This document shows, piece after piece, positions 6,526 through 14,750 of a stretch of 54,307 nucleotides of DNA. Both the position numbers and the translations under genes were made by a program. The stretch spans positions 1-54,307 of IMG/VR virus record IMGVR_UViG_3300045961_000035. One strand, 5' to 3'. Source of the DNA: a virus (taxonomy: Duplodnaviria; Caudoviricetes). How positions within the stretch are numbered: the stretch's first letter is position 1; the number at the start of each line of letters is the position of its first letter. The notes beneath the pieces are model-generated. The model had not been told where the DNA came from and made no database searches. It saw only the letters and a program-made list of their open reading frames with translations.

Positions 6526-6869
6526 ATGTTTATGTTGGCGGTCGGTGGATGCATCCGCGTAGAAATTAGAGAAAACTGACGGGCGGGCGGGGCTTAACCG
6601 CCCTCTTCGGGCGTCTCTTTTGTAGTAAAAACGCGGGGCGGACGGGCGGAACGGGCGCGGTGACGGCGGCCGGACGGGGCGCGTGGCGCGACAGGTGCGC
6701 TGCCTGTACGACGATGTTGGAACATGCATGTTGCAACACGGAAACGGCAAAAAATCCGGACGGGGCTCGGCAAATCAGACCCCCCCTATCGAAAAAATAT
6801 CGGTTTCCGGAACGGGCGGTGTCGCGTAGGATGGCAGGGAACCCAAACCCTCTAAAAATCTGATGTCCG

Positions 6870-6877
6870 TATATTTG
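6870..6877 (+). promoter_or_regulatory. TAnnTTTG -7 promoter element, first rightward gene
   Basis: TATATTTG 3 nt before ATG 6881. Confidence 0.6.
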
Positions 6878-6880
6878 CTT

Positions 6881-7030
6881 ATGGACTGGTGGGCTATCGA
6901 GATAGAGAATCGTGTGATGACTGGCTTCGTTGTTGGTGTGGAGTTCTACCGTGCTGACGTGGAGTTGGAGGAGCCGGGTGAGTTTCGGTTACACTTGGGA
7001 CTGTTAAGTATAAATTTTCTGTGGTTATGA
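6881..7030 (+). CDS. small hypothetical protein (49 aa)
   Basis: Manual translation MDWWAIEIENRVMTGFVVGVEFY...LHLGLLSINFLWL; ATGA coupling to the next ORF. Confidence 0.65.
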   Translation: MDWWAIEIENRVMTGFVVGVEFYRADVELEEPGEFRLHLGLLSINFLWL

Positions 7031-7182
7031 AAAACGCAAAGATGATTCCGGACTCGAAGCCGGTTATGGTAGGTGAGACTGGTATCCAGGCTGCTCTCCG
7101 TGTCAAGAAGACGAAGGAGATGATGGGCGAGATGGCTGAGGCTATGATGGAGGCGCGTATTATGCGTGGTCGTCGTGGCTAA
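7027..7182 (+). CDS. small hypothetical protein (51 aa)
   Basis: Manual translation MKNAKMIPDSKPVMVGETGIQAALRVKK...RGRRG. Confidence 0.6.
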   Translation: MKNAKMIPDSKPVMVGETGIQAALRVKKTKEMMGEMAEAMMEARIMRGRRG

Positions 7183-7294
7183 GTCGAGCAAGAAGCGCAC
7201 GAACAAGGTAGTCGGTGTGAAGAAGGTGAGTGCTGACAGGGCACAGACCGGACGTCGGAACCTTGACGTGTTAGATGCCATAAAATCCCGGTAG
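7175..7294 (+). CDS. small basic protein (39 aa, GTG start)
   Basis: Manual translation MAKSSKKRTNKVVGVKKVSADRAQTGRRNLDVLDAIKSR, followed by a terminator. Confidence 0.5.
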   Translation: MAKSSKKRTNKVVGVKKVSADRAQTGRRNLDVLDAIKSR

Positions 7295-7312
7295 GTATCC
7301 TACCGTGATGTT

Positions 7313-7347
7313 AGAAGAGGAGGGCTTGGCTCTCCTTTTCTGCTTTT
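7313..7347 (+). terminator. intrinsic terminator
   Basis: AGAAGAGGAGGGC-TTG-GCTCTCCTTTTCT-GCTTTT. Confidence 0.6.
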
Positions 7348-7413
7348 ATAGAGTCTCTAGACTCTATCAATTTCAGTTCTCTAAGACTAAAAGAGTACTT
7401 AATCAGTACTCTT

Positions 7414-7725
7414 GTGTCGATTCTTATATAGTTAGTGTCGATTTAATGTCGATTTAGTGTCGATTTCTATTCTATTATATTATTGATTTTCAATTAGTTA
7501 TATATAAAATGTCGAAAATGTCGATTTTAAAGTCGATTTTCTCTGAGAAAAAATATTTTACAACCCTATATATATAGAGAGAGAATAGGAAACCCAAAAA
7601 AACCGACATTTTCGACACTTCACAGCTCAAAGAGCTGAGAACCAGCCGACTAAGTCGACACAAAACCGACACAGGTTAGTGTCGATTTCTTTAAGTTGCT
7701 GATTATCAGCATACATTTTCGACAT
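7414..7725. repeat. iteron-like (T)GTCGR array, putative replication origin or packaging signal
   Basis: About 14 copies; seven forward (7414-7536), mostly inverted CGACA copies after 7600, flanking an AT-rich core with the CTATATATATAG palindrome. Confidence 0.7.
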
Positions 7726-7791
7726 CGGTCGCTTCGCGAACTCATTTATTTGGTTTTTGTAACTTTGCGTAGAACTTAAAGAACACGAAAG

Positions 7792-8061
7792 ATGCCAGAC
7801 CCAAAGAAGAAGATTGTAGGTATGCAGCCCGGGCACGAGTACGCTTCAAGCCGGAAGTACATGCCCAAGAGCGATAGCTTTGAAGAGCGCGTTCAGTTCG
7901 AAGACGCCAGCAACAAGGGTAAGCTTCGCAACATTGACGTAGAGACAGGTCGTGTTTACGGCAGAAGAACGCTCATGGTGCCGCCATTACAAAGTAAGGG
8001 GCTTACTATGCCAAAGATGACGCCAAAGGGTAGAGACATTCCGCTCCCAAAGACAAAGTAG
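7792..8061 (+). CDS. basic hypothetical protein
   Basis: 89 aa; preceded by TAACTTTG (7760-7767) and followed by a terminator. Confidence 0.7.
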   Translation: MPDPKKKIVGMQPGHEYASSRKYMPKSDSFEERVQFEDASNKGKLRNIDVETGRVYGRRTLMVPPLQSKGLTMPKMTPKGRDIPLPKTK

Positions 8062-8084
8062 TAGTACTTAATATAGCAAAAAGT

Positions 8085-8126
8085 AGCCGGATGATTTGGT
8101 CACCCGGCTTTTTTATTTTACCTTTG
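8085..8126 (+). terminator. terminator followed directly by a TACCTTTG promoter
   Basis: AGCCGG...CCGGCT-TTTTT then the -7 box at 8119-8126. Confidence 0.7.
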
Positions 8127-8144
8127 GCATCAAATACGAATCGA

Positions 8145-9737
8145 ATGGACTACACACCTAAGAGTTTGACCTTTGACCAGGACGGTCGCGAGCGTTTGCT
8201 CAGTGGATTGGATAAGATGGCCAAGGCCGTCGGCAGTACGTTGGGGCCTAGGGGCAAGACGGTGCTGATTGAGAGCCAACACCACACGCACGGCATCACT
8301 GTAACCAAGGACGGGGTGACTGTCGCCAAGAGTATTGACCTGTTGGACCCGGTTGAGAACCTAGCGGTGCGCATGATGCGCGAGGCGGCGGAGCGCACGG
8401 CTACGAGTGCTGGTGACGGCACGACCACGGCGGTGGTGCTGACCCACGCGCTGGTGCGTACGGGCATGCAGCTCATCACCGACGAGTACAACGCCACTGA
8501 GGTGCTGCGTCACATGCACAGCCTGAGTGAGGAGGCCATTAAGAAGCTCGAGAAGATGTCGCGGAAGGTGACGCCGTCGAGGTTGAAGGACGTGGCGACT
8601 ATCTCCGCCAACAACGACCGCACGCTCGGTGAGCTCATCGCTAAGGTGTACGGACAGGTGGGGAAGAACGGGCTGGTAACGGTCGAGAAGGGCACCGGCG
8701 ACGAGACGACCTACGAGGTGACAAACGGGATACGCATCGACAGGGGGTACAGCACCAAGCTGTTCGTGAACGACCAGAAGAAGGACGAGTGTGTGCTCGA
8801 GGACGTGTACATCCTGATGACGGACCACGAGATAAGTAACATCTTACAGATTGAGACGGTGCTCAAGCCCATCGTGGCTGGTGGGCATAAGCTGCTCATC
8901 ATCGCTCCGTGCAGTAACCAGGTCACAACGACGCTGGCCGCCAACGTCATTAAGAACGGGCTGAAGCTGTGCGCCATCGCGCCACCTCAGTTCGGCTACA
9001 AGCAGCACGAGCTGATGGGTGACATCGCCGCTAGCGTCGGCGGTCGGTTCATAAGCGAGGGGATGGGCGACGAGCTCAGCCTGGTGACCATGGCCGACCT
9101 GGGTCATGCCGCTAAGGTCATCGTCGGTAAGGACTCGACGGTCATCGTCCGTAAGGAAGGGACGAGCGCAGAGGTGAACGCCAGGGTGAATGAGCTGTGG
9201 AGCGCCCACGACCAGGCCAGTAAGAAGGGCGACCGTGACTTCATCAAGCAGCGCATCGCCAGCCTGACTGGTGGGGTTGGTATTATCTACGTTGGGGGCA
9301 GCTCGGACGTGGAGCAGAAGGAGACCTACGACCGGGTAGAGGACGCGGTGCAGGCCGTGCGCTCGGCGCTCGAGGAGGGTATACTGCCGGGTGGTGGCGT
9401 AGCGCTGCACAGCGTGTCGCACTGGATGGACGACAACATCACAGCCACGTCTGAGGAGATGAGGCTGGCGCACCGCATCATGTCGCTGGCGATGATTGAG
9501 CCTGCCGCGCGCATCGTCGAGAACGCCGGCCTTGAGTTCATCGAGATAGCTGGCGGCATGGATGGTGACAATGGGCTCAACGTGAAGACTATGACGTACG
9601 GTGACATGTACGACATGGGCGTCATCGACCCACTGAAGGTAACTAAGAACGCGCTGCGTAACGCGGTGAGCGTGGCCACGACGATACTGAGCACCAACGC
9701 CATCATCACGCTGGCTAGAAGCTACGAGGACAGTTGA
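8145..9737 (+). CDS. groL: phage-encoded chaperonin GroEL
   Basis: TLGPRG, TKDGVTVAK, AGDGTTTA, DRVEDA, GILPGGG and GVIDPLKV motifs; likely start MDYTPK. Confidence 0.97.
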   Translation: MDYTPKSLTFDQDGRERLLSGLDKMAKAVGSTLGPRGKTVLIESQHHTHGITVTKDGVTVAKSIDLLDPVENLAVRMMREAAERTATSAGDGTTTAVVLTHALVRTGMQLITDEYNATEVLRHMHSLSEEAIKKLEKMSRKVTPSRLKDVATISANNDRTLGELIAKVYGQVGKNGLVTVEKGTGDETTYEVTNGIRIDRGYSTKLFVNDQKKDECVLEDVYILMTDHEISNILQIETVLKPIVAGGHKLLIIAPCSNQVTTTLAANVIKNGLKLCAIAPPQFGYKQHELMGDIAASVGGRFISEGMGDELSLVTMADLGHAAKVIVGKDSTVIVRKEGTSAEVNARVNELWSAHDQASKKGDRDFIKQRIASLTGGVGIIYVGGSSDVEQKETYDRVEDAVQAVRSALEEGILPGGGVALHSVSHWMDDNITATSEEMRLAHRIMSLAMIEPAARIVENAGLEFIEIAGGMDGDNGLNVKTMTYGDMYDMGVIDPLKVTKNALRNAVSVATTILSTNAIITLARSYEDS

Positions 9738-9880
9738 GACGCTGCGCCTACTGCCGCCAGCAGCCAGGTCACAAGATGAGCTGCCCGACACTTAAGACGG
9801 TGGTGCACATGGACATGATACAGGACGAGCTCCTGAGTGAGGTGATTAAAATAAAGAAAGAGAATGAAACCAATAGGTAA
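9734..9880 (+). CDS. small zinc-finger protein (48 aa, TTG start)
   Basis: Manual translation MRRCAYCRQQPGHKMSCPTLK...; overlaps the groL stop and the groS start. Confidence 0.55.
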   Translation: MRRCAYCRQQPGHKMSCPTLKTVVHMDMIQDELLSEVIKIKKENETNR

Positions 9881-10118
9881 GTACTTGATTATCAAGCAGA
9901 TTGAGGAGCAGCACAAGACCGAGAGCGGTCTGCTGCTGGGTGACGACCAGGTGAGTATCCGCTACAAGCGCGCCACGGTGGTGGCTGCGGGCACAGACGT
10001 GAGCACTATGGCTGCTGGGGACCTGATTCAGTTTGACCGTTCCGCTGGGCATACAATGATTCTCGGCGGCGAAGCTTATACCGTGATACTCGAGCGTGAC
10101 GTTGTTCTTGTCGAATAG
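9864..10118 (+). CDS. groS: co-chaperonin GroES
   Basis: MKPIGKYLII..KTESGLLL mobile loop, VVAAG, ILERDV. Confidence 0.93.
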   Translation: MKPIGKYLIIKQIEEQHKTESGLLLGDDQVSIRYKRATVVAAGTDVSTMAAGDLIQFDRSAGHTMILGGEAYTVILERDVVLVE

Positions 10119-10635
10119 ACTTGTTCAGCTTCTTGATGTAGTTACGGTGCACCTTCTCGGTGTAGGTAGCGTCCTTCCTGAACATGGGGTTGAGCTTCTC
10201 GGTCTCTGAGATGATTTCGCCGTTGAGCTTCTTGTACATGTTCTTAATCATCTGGTGCGCCTCTGGCGTGATTTCGTAGAGTGCGATGCGCCCTGGTGCT
10301 GGCTTGCGCCACATGTGCACCCAGCCGCGCTGCATCAGTCGAGAGAAGCGTTTCTTATCCCACGGGAAGATGGAGTCGAACTCCTTGATGTCGGACTTCT
10401 TGAAGTACCCCTCGCTGTACAGGAACAGGAGCATCTCCAGGTCGGCGAGCCTGATGTCGTACTTGTACTGCATCCAGTAGCGCACCACTCTCCAGTACTT
10501 CATAAAGTCGTCGCGGTATGTCGCCTTGACGTATCGGCCGTTACGGTGCTTGGTTGGTGGCAGGTTCTTCTGCGCCTTCCGCTTTTCTACCTTGGCCTTT
10601 AGGCGCTCCTCGGCAGGAGTAAGTGGATATTTCAT
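10006..10635 (-). CDS. winged-helix (MarR-like) DNA-binding protein
   Basis: LADLEMLLFLYSE..RFSRLMQRGWV..LYEIT pattern; the only leftward gene in the late arm. Confidence 0.65.
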   Translation of the reverse strand: MKYPLTPAEERLKAKVEKRKAQKNLPPTKHRNGRYVKATYRDDFMKYWRVVRYWMQYKYDIRLADLEMLLFLYSEGYFKKSDIKEFDSIFPWDKKRFSRLMQRGWVHMWRKPAPGRIALYEITPEAHQMIKNMYKKLNGEIISETEKLNPMFRKDATYTEKVHRNYIKKLNKSIRQEQRHARVSRYKLRRRESLYAQRNGQTESGPQQP

Positions 10636-10666
10636 GTGGAGTATATTTGTGTAAAATTACTAACTA

Positions 10667-10768
10667 ATGAGTTGCGGTTGCGCCATAAAAGGAAAGAAAG
10701 ACACCCCCTGCACGATGAAGGCAAAGGGCGGAAAGCCTATGTCTAAGCCTTACAGCAGTAAGAAGTAG
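10667..10768 (+). CDS. small basic protein (33 aa)
   Basis: Manual translation MSCGCAIKGKKDTPCTMKAKGGKPMSKPYSSKK; promoter TATATTTG at 10642-10649. Confidence 0.5.
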   Translation: MSCGCAIKGKKDTPCTMKAKGGKPMSKPYSSKK

Positions 10769-11118
10769 TGCCAAAGGACGCCTGCTACAAGAAGGTCAAG
10801 GCGCAGTACGACGTGTTTCCGAGCGCTCGTGCCAGCCAGGCTATTGCCAAGTGCCGTAAGGCCAGCGGCTCTGTTCGCAAGACGGAGGCGGGCAGCAGCC
10901 TGAAGCGGTGGGAGAAGGAGAAGTGGGTCGACACCAAGAGCGGTAAGGCGTGTGGCGCCGGAGGCTCGAACGAGTACTGCCGTCCAAGTAAGCGGGTGTC
11001 GGGTAAGACACCGGTCACTAAGAGTGAGATGTCCGGCTCTACGCTCGCCAAGAAGAAGGCGGAGAAGTCTAGGGTAGGGATGGGCTCACGAGTAAAGCCA
11101 GTGCGCCGTGGCAAATAA
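10768..11118 (+). CDS. basic phage protein (DUF5872-like)
   Basis: KDACYKKVK..FPSA, LKRWEKEKWVD, YCRPSKRVS..TP motifs. Confidence 0.75.
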   Translation: MPKDACYKKVKAQYDVFPSARASQAIAKCRKASGSVRKTEAGSSLKRWEKEKWVDTKSGKACGAGGSNEYCRPSKRVSGKTPVTKSEMSGSTLAKKKAEKSRVGMGSRVKPVRRGK

Positions 11119-11398
11119 AAGCAAGATGGCCTGCAACAGGCCGACCAAGTCAGACCGTCCCGGTAAGAAGAAGATGGTCAAGGCGTGCTCGGGTGGCAAG
11201 GAGAAGCTCCTTCACTTCGGAGACTCATCATACGGCCACAACTACAGCAAGGAGGCACGCAGTAGCTTCAGAGCCAGACACAAGTGTGACTCAGCTACCG
11301 ACAAACTCACCCCGCGCTACTGGGCGTGCAAGCACCTGTGGGCTGGACCAGGTGGGAGCACCCAAGCGTCGCCGAAGGGCCGTAAGGCAAAAGGCTGA
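11108..11398 (+). CDS. basic phage protein
   Basis: HFGD, RSSFRARHKC and PRYWAC motifs. Confidence 0.75.
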   Translation: MANKSKMACNRPTKSDRPGKKKMVKACSGGKEKLLHFGDSSYGHNYSKEARSSFRARHKCDSATDKLTPRYWACKHLWAGPGGSTQASPKGRKAKG

Positions 11399-11420
11399 TA
11401 ATCAATAAATTACATACGCG

Positions 11421-11460
11421 AAGGCCGCTAAAGCGGCCTTTTTTAGTTGCAGTATATTTG
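11421..11460 (+). terminator. terminator plus TATATTTG promoter
   Basis: AAGGCCGC-TAAA-GCGGCCTT-TTTT; -7 box at 11453-11460. Confidence 0.75.
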
Positions 11461-11497
11461 TAGTGCGTTTAGGTTTAACAATTTAAAAATTTCCATC

Positions 11498-11770
11498 ATG
11501 GGTTACGCAAACGTAAACAACCCCGCCAACTACCAGCTCGCTATGCTGGGACAGTTCGGCTTCAGAATTAAGACCAACACATCTACCCCGGTTGCTGGTG
11601 AGTACTACCGCATACTTGAGGTAGTTAGCGACAACGCAACGATTACGGCCACGTCTGCCGTCGGTGGAGACAACCTGTCGGCAAACTCATTCGTTCGCGG
11701 AACCAAAATCTACGGGCTGTTCAGCTCTGTAGAGGTGGTAGCTGGTGAGGTAATCGCATACATTGCATAG
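11498..11770 (+). CDS. hypothetical, possibly structural, protein
   Basis: Likely start MGYANVNN; beta-rich. Confidence 0.7.
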   Translation: MGYANVNNPANYQLAMLGQFGFRIKTNTSTPVAGEYYRILEVVSDNATITATSAVGGDNLSANSFVRGTKIYGLFSSVEVVAGEVIAYIA

Positions 11771-11773
11771 GGC

Positions 11774-11998
11774 ATGAAGTTCTGGGACATCTTCAAGGAC
11801 AACAACGACTACAACGAGAAGACGATAATCGGTTTCTTGTCGTTTGCGGTGATGGCAATCTTCGCGGGTGCCGACATCGTGACTGGTATTATGGGTAAGA
11901 ACCTGGTCATCCAGGACACCATCTTCAATTCTTTTGTTATCATCACCATCGGCGCGCTCGGTATTGCTGAGGCCGGTAAAATCTTTGTGAAGAAGTGA
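11774..11998 (+). CDS. putative holin (two TM helices)
   Basis: 74 aa with two hydrophobic segments, upstream of the endolysin. Confidence 0.55.
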   Translation: MKFWDIFKDNNDYNEKTIIGFLSFAVMAIFAGADIVTGIMGKNLVIQDTIFNSFVIITIGALGIAEAGKIFVKK

Positions 11999-12249
11999 TT
12001 AAAATGCCCGTGTCTTTTGACCAGTTTCAAAAGAATCCAGTTGGAGCCCTCGCATTTATTTTCATGGTAGTTATCGGCTACCTGTACATCGACCAGAAGA
12101 TTAACTACGGCAAGGTGGACGACCGCTGTCAGACTCGGGTGACCGAGCTGGAGGTGAAGGTCGAGGCCTACACGCAACACATACGTCGACTCGACTCAGC
12201 GTTGGCGTACACTAGTGCTAAAAACGAAATGCTACTACAGACACGATGA
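11995..12249 (+). CDS. membrane-anchored coiled-coil protein (lysis cluster)
   Basis: One TM segment (GALAFIFMVVIGYLYI) plus coiled coil. Confidence 0.65.
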   Translation: MIKMPVSFDQFQKNPVGALAFIFMVVIGYLYIDQKINYGKVDDRCQTRVTELEVKVEAYTQHIRRLDSALAYTSAKNEMLLQTR

Positions 12250-12581
12250 GACACACGTTCCTACTTTTGACAATGGGCATCGTTATCGGTGTCGCCATCG
12301 CCAGCAGAAAGCAGCCAGAGGCTAAGGTAGACCCCGCGGAGCTGGCAATCGAGAAGTCAATGCAGACCATGAAGATGGCAGCGTCCGTATCGCAGCGAGC
12401 CGACCAGGCCGTCGTCAGCCGGGTGTCTGAAATGAAGCAGGCCATCGAGGTGTTGGAGCAAGAGAAGGAGGCGCTCGTCGAACAAGTAACTGAAATGAAG
12501 CATGAGATTACTACTATTAAGTCTGCTCCTGTGCAGCCTTTCGATGTACTCGCAATCGGCGTACCCGATACAGCGCGTTGA
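12246..12581 (+). CDS. membrane-anchored coiled-coil protein
   Basis: N-terminal hydrophobic helix followed by heptad-like region. Confidence 0.65.
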   Translation: MRHTFLLLTMGIVIGVAIASRKQPEAKVDPAELAIEKSMQTMKMAASVSQRADQAVVSRVSEMKQAIEVLEQEKEALVEQVTEMKHEITTIKSAPVQPFDVLAIGVPDTAR

Positions 12582-12867
12582 AGGTAAGGACACTGTGGTG
12601 GTCATGACCAGAGCGCAGGCTATGGCCATGAACAAGAAGTTCATTGACATGGACAGCACCATCAAGAGTTATGACGAAGCCTACAAGTTTAAGTACTTCC
12701 AGCTTCACCAGGCGCGTCAGACGATGATGTTTCAGGACTCGGTGATTATGGACATGGAGTCAGCGCTCAAGGCCAAGCCTAAGTTCAAGCCGATGACGCA
12801 AACTGACGTGTTTATGTCAGCGTATTTCGTTCTGTTCTCAACAATAATCTTTACACTGACATACTAA
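12502..12867 (+). CDS. exported protein with C-terminal TM
   Basis: Signal-peptide-like N-terminus and hydrophobic C-terminus. Confidence 0.6.
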   Translation: MRLLLLSLLLCSLSMYSQSAYPIQRVEGKDTVVVMTRAQAMAMNKKFIDMDSTIKSYDEAYKFKYFQLHQARQTMMFQDSVIMDMESALKAKPKFKPMTQTDVFMSAYFVLFSTIIFTLTY

Positions 12868-13004
12868 TGGCAGGGAAATTGAAGGCTCAAACTGCTAGCA
12901 GCTACGTTAGCAAGAGCAAGAAGCGTGGCAAACACTCCAAGAAGGAGAGCAACAACAAGGCCAGTAAGAAATATTCTAAACCTTACAAATCTCAGGGACG
13001 ATGA
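12867..13004 (+). CDS. small very basic protein (45 aa)
   Basis: Manual translation MAGKLKAQTASSYVSKSKKRGKHSKK...KPYKSQGR; coupled at both ends. Confidence 0.7.
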   Translation: MAGKLKAQTASSYVSKSKKRGKHSKKESNNKASKKYSKPYKSQGR

Positions 13005-13615
13005 GCTTAAAGCATCTACAGGAAAAGATTGGCGTAACTGCCGATGGAGCGTTTGGTCCGGGCACGCTAAAGGCCGGGCAAGAATTTTACAAATTGACAG
13101 ATGAACAAGCTGCTCACTTCTTTGCCCAGACTGCTCACGAGACTGGAGGCTTTAAGGCCTTTAGTGAAAACCTTAACTACTCAGCTGACGGGCTTCTTAA
13201 AATCTTTAAGAAGTACTTCCCAGACGCTGCAACAGCTGCGAAGTACGCTCGTAAGCCAGAGCAAATCGCTAACAGAGTCTATGCGTCTCGCATGGGTAAT
13301 GCTGATGAAGCCAGTGGAGACGGCTGGAAGTACCGAGGAAGAGGAGCGCTCCAGCTCACGGGAAAAGGAAACTATGTAGCGTTCGCTACGTACCTTGGCA
13401 ACGACGAGGTCGTGAAGGACCCCGACACGGTGGCCACCAAGTACGCGTTCGAGAGCGCTAAGTTCTTCTTTGACAAGAACAAGCTGTGGGACATCGCCAA
13501 CAAGGGCGTCACAAAGGAGACCATCCTTGCTATGACTAAGCGCATCAACGGCGGAACGCACGGTCTTGCCGACCGTGAGGAGAAGACGATGAAGTACTAC
13601 GGATGGCTAAAATGA
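13001..13615 (+). CDS. GH19 (chitinase/lysozyme-like) endolysin
   Basis: FFAQTAHETGGF, ENLNYS, DGWKYRGRGALQLTGK.NY and RINGG motifs; N-terminal GVTADGAFGPGT PG-binding-like motif. Confidence 0.92.
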   Translation: MSLKHLQEKIGVTADGAFGPGTLKAGQEFYKLTDEQAAHFFAQTAHETGGFKAFSENLNYSADGLLKIFKKYFPDAATAAKYARKPEQIANRVYASRMGNADEASGDGWKYRGRGALQLTGKGNYVAFATYLGNDEVVKDPDTVATKYAFESAKFFFDKNKLWDIANKGVTKETILAMTKRINGGTHGLADREEKTMKYYGWLK

Positions 13616-14001
13616 AATGGGTAGCTGTCATATTAACAGCACTGATTGTTAGCGCGTGCGGTGGTGCGAAAAAAGTCCAGTCGAGTGTGACTGTGACGGA
13701 GTACGTAATAAAGGAGCGTGTGGTTCACGACACCGTGCCGATAATGAAGGACACGGTAATCTACAAGGACTCGGTTCAGATTCAGATTCAGTACATAAGG
13801 GACGCAGCAGGAAACGTTACTAGCGTGGCGGTCAAGGCCGAGTGCCCTCCGTCCATGTTGCGTGTTGTAACACAGACCGTAACGGTTGAGCGCGAGAAGA
13901 AGCAGCGTGCTTCGTGGTGGAACAGATTCATCTGGCCGCTTGCGTTCATTGTTTCGTTTGTTTCGATTGTGAGCATCTGGCTGAAAAGGCTCATGAAGTA
14001 A
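13612..14001 (+). CDS. lipoprotein with C-terminal TM, candidate unimolecular spanin
   Basis: Lipobox-like IVSA-C, beta-rich middle, C-terminal FIWPLAFIVSFVSIVSIWL; directly after the endolysin. Confidence 0.6.
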   Translation: MKWVAVILTALIVSACGGAKKVQSSVTVTEYVIKERVVHDTVPIMKDTVIYKDSVQIQIQYIRDAAGNVTSVAVKAECPPSMLRVVTQTVTVEREKKQRASWWNRFIWPLAFIVSFVSIVSIWLKRLMK

Positions 14002-14022
14002 TTAAGTACCTTTGTAGGTAGC

Positions 14023-14745
14023 ATGGCAAAAATCAGTACATACGCGCTGGACTCCGACATTCGCGGTGGTGACAAACTCATTGGCACCGACGGCGGAGCA
14101 GCGAATGCTACTAAGAACTTTACGCTCGATAAGGTTGCGGACTTCCTCAACACTACTAAGATTGAGAGCGCATCGATTCGTTACCGTTACCAGGACGTAG
14201 GTCCTTACGACGTGCGTGAGTTTGGAACGATATCATTCATTCCGAGTCCGGGGCCTAACGTTCCGTTCAACTCGTTCAACAATATGATTCTTAGCGGTCA
14301 GACGCAGCAGGGTATACAGGTGGCTGACTACTACACGGCTCCACTCATTGGCTCTATTGTGCTGATGTCGAATGCGCTGAACCCTAGCAACTGGGCGGTA
14401 TACAAGTGGATTAACTCGGTAGAGAACCTAGAGGCGGGAGACGACTTCTACACTATCACATTGGAATACGTCAACGGCGTAGGTCAGTTGCAAAAAAACA
14501 AAGACTACTTCATCACCATGCTGCTGTACGACTACGGCGAGTTTGGTGGCGACAAGACGTATGCGTACCCTCAGGACATTCCGTCTGCATCGTGGGTTGT
14601 GACGCACAATATGAATAAGTACCCGTCGGTGTCTGTGGTGGACTCGGCTGGTTCTGCTGTCGTTGGAGAGGTACTCTACGATAGTGTTAACCAAGTAACC
14701 ATTAACTTTAGCGCGCCGTTCTCCGGTAAAGCTTTCTTTAACTAA
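14023..14745 (+). CDS. tail/fibre-associated structural protein
   Basis: MAKISTY..DKLIGTD N-terminus; C-terminal WVVTHNMNKYPSVSVVD domain. Confidence 0.7.
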   Translation: MAKISTYALDSDIRGGDKLIGTDGGAANATKNFTLDKVADFLNTTKIESASIRYRYQDVGPYDVREFGTISFIPSPGPNVPFNSFNNMILSGQTQQGIQVADYYTAPLIGSIVLMSNALNPSNWAVYKWINSVENLEAGDDFYTITLEYVNGVGQLQKNKDYFITMLLYDYGEFGGDKTYAYPQDIPSASWVVTHNMNKYPSVSVVDSAGSAVVGEVLYDSVNQVTINFSAPFSGKAFFN

Positions 14746-14750
14746 AAGCC

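Noticed and set aside
7414-7725. CRISPR array
   Set aside because: Repeats are only 6-10 nt, irregularly spaced and in both orientations; no spacers or cas genes.
8844-9791. 315-aa minus-strand ORF and similar long antisense ORFs in GC-rich genes
   Set aside because: Shadows of groL, portal, capsid and helicase caused by codon bias.
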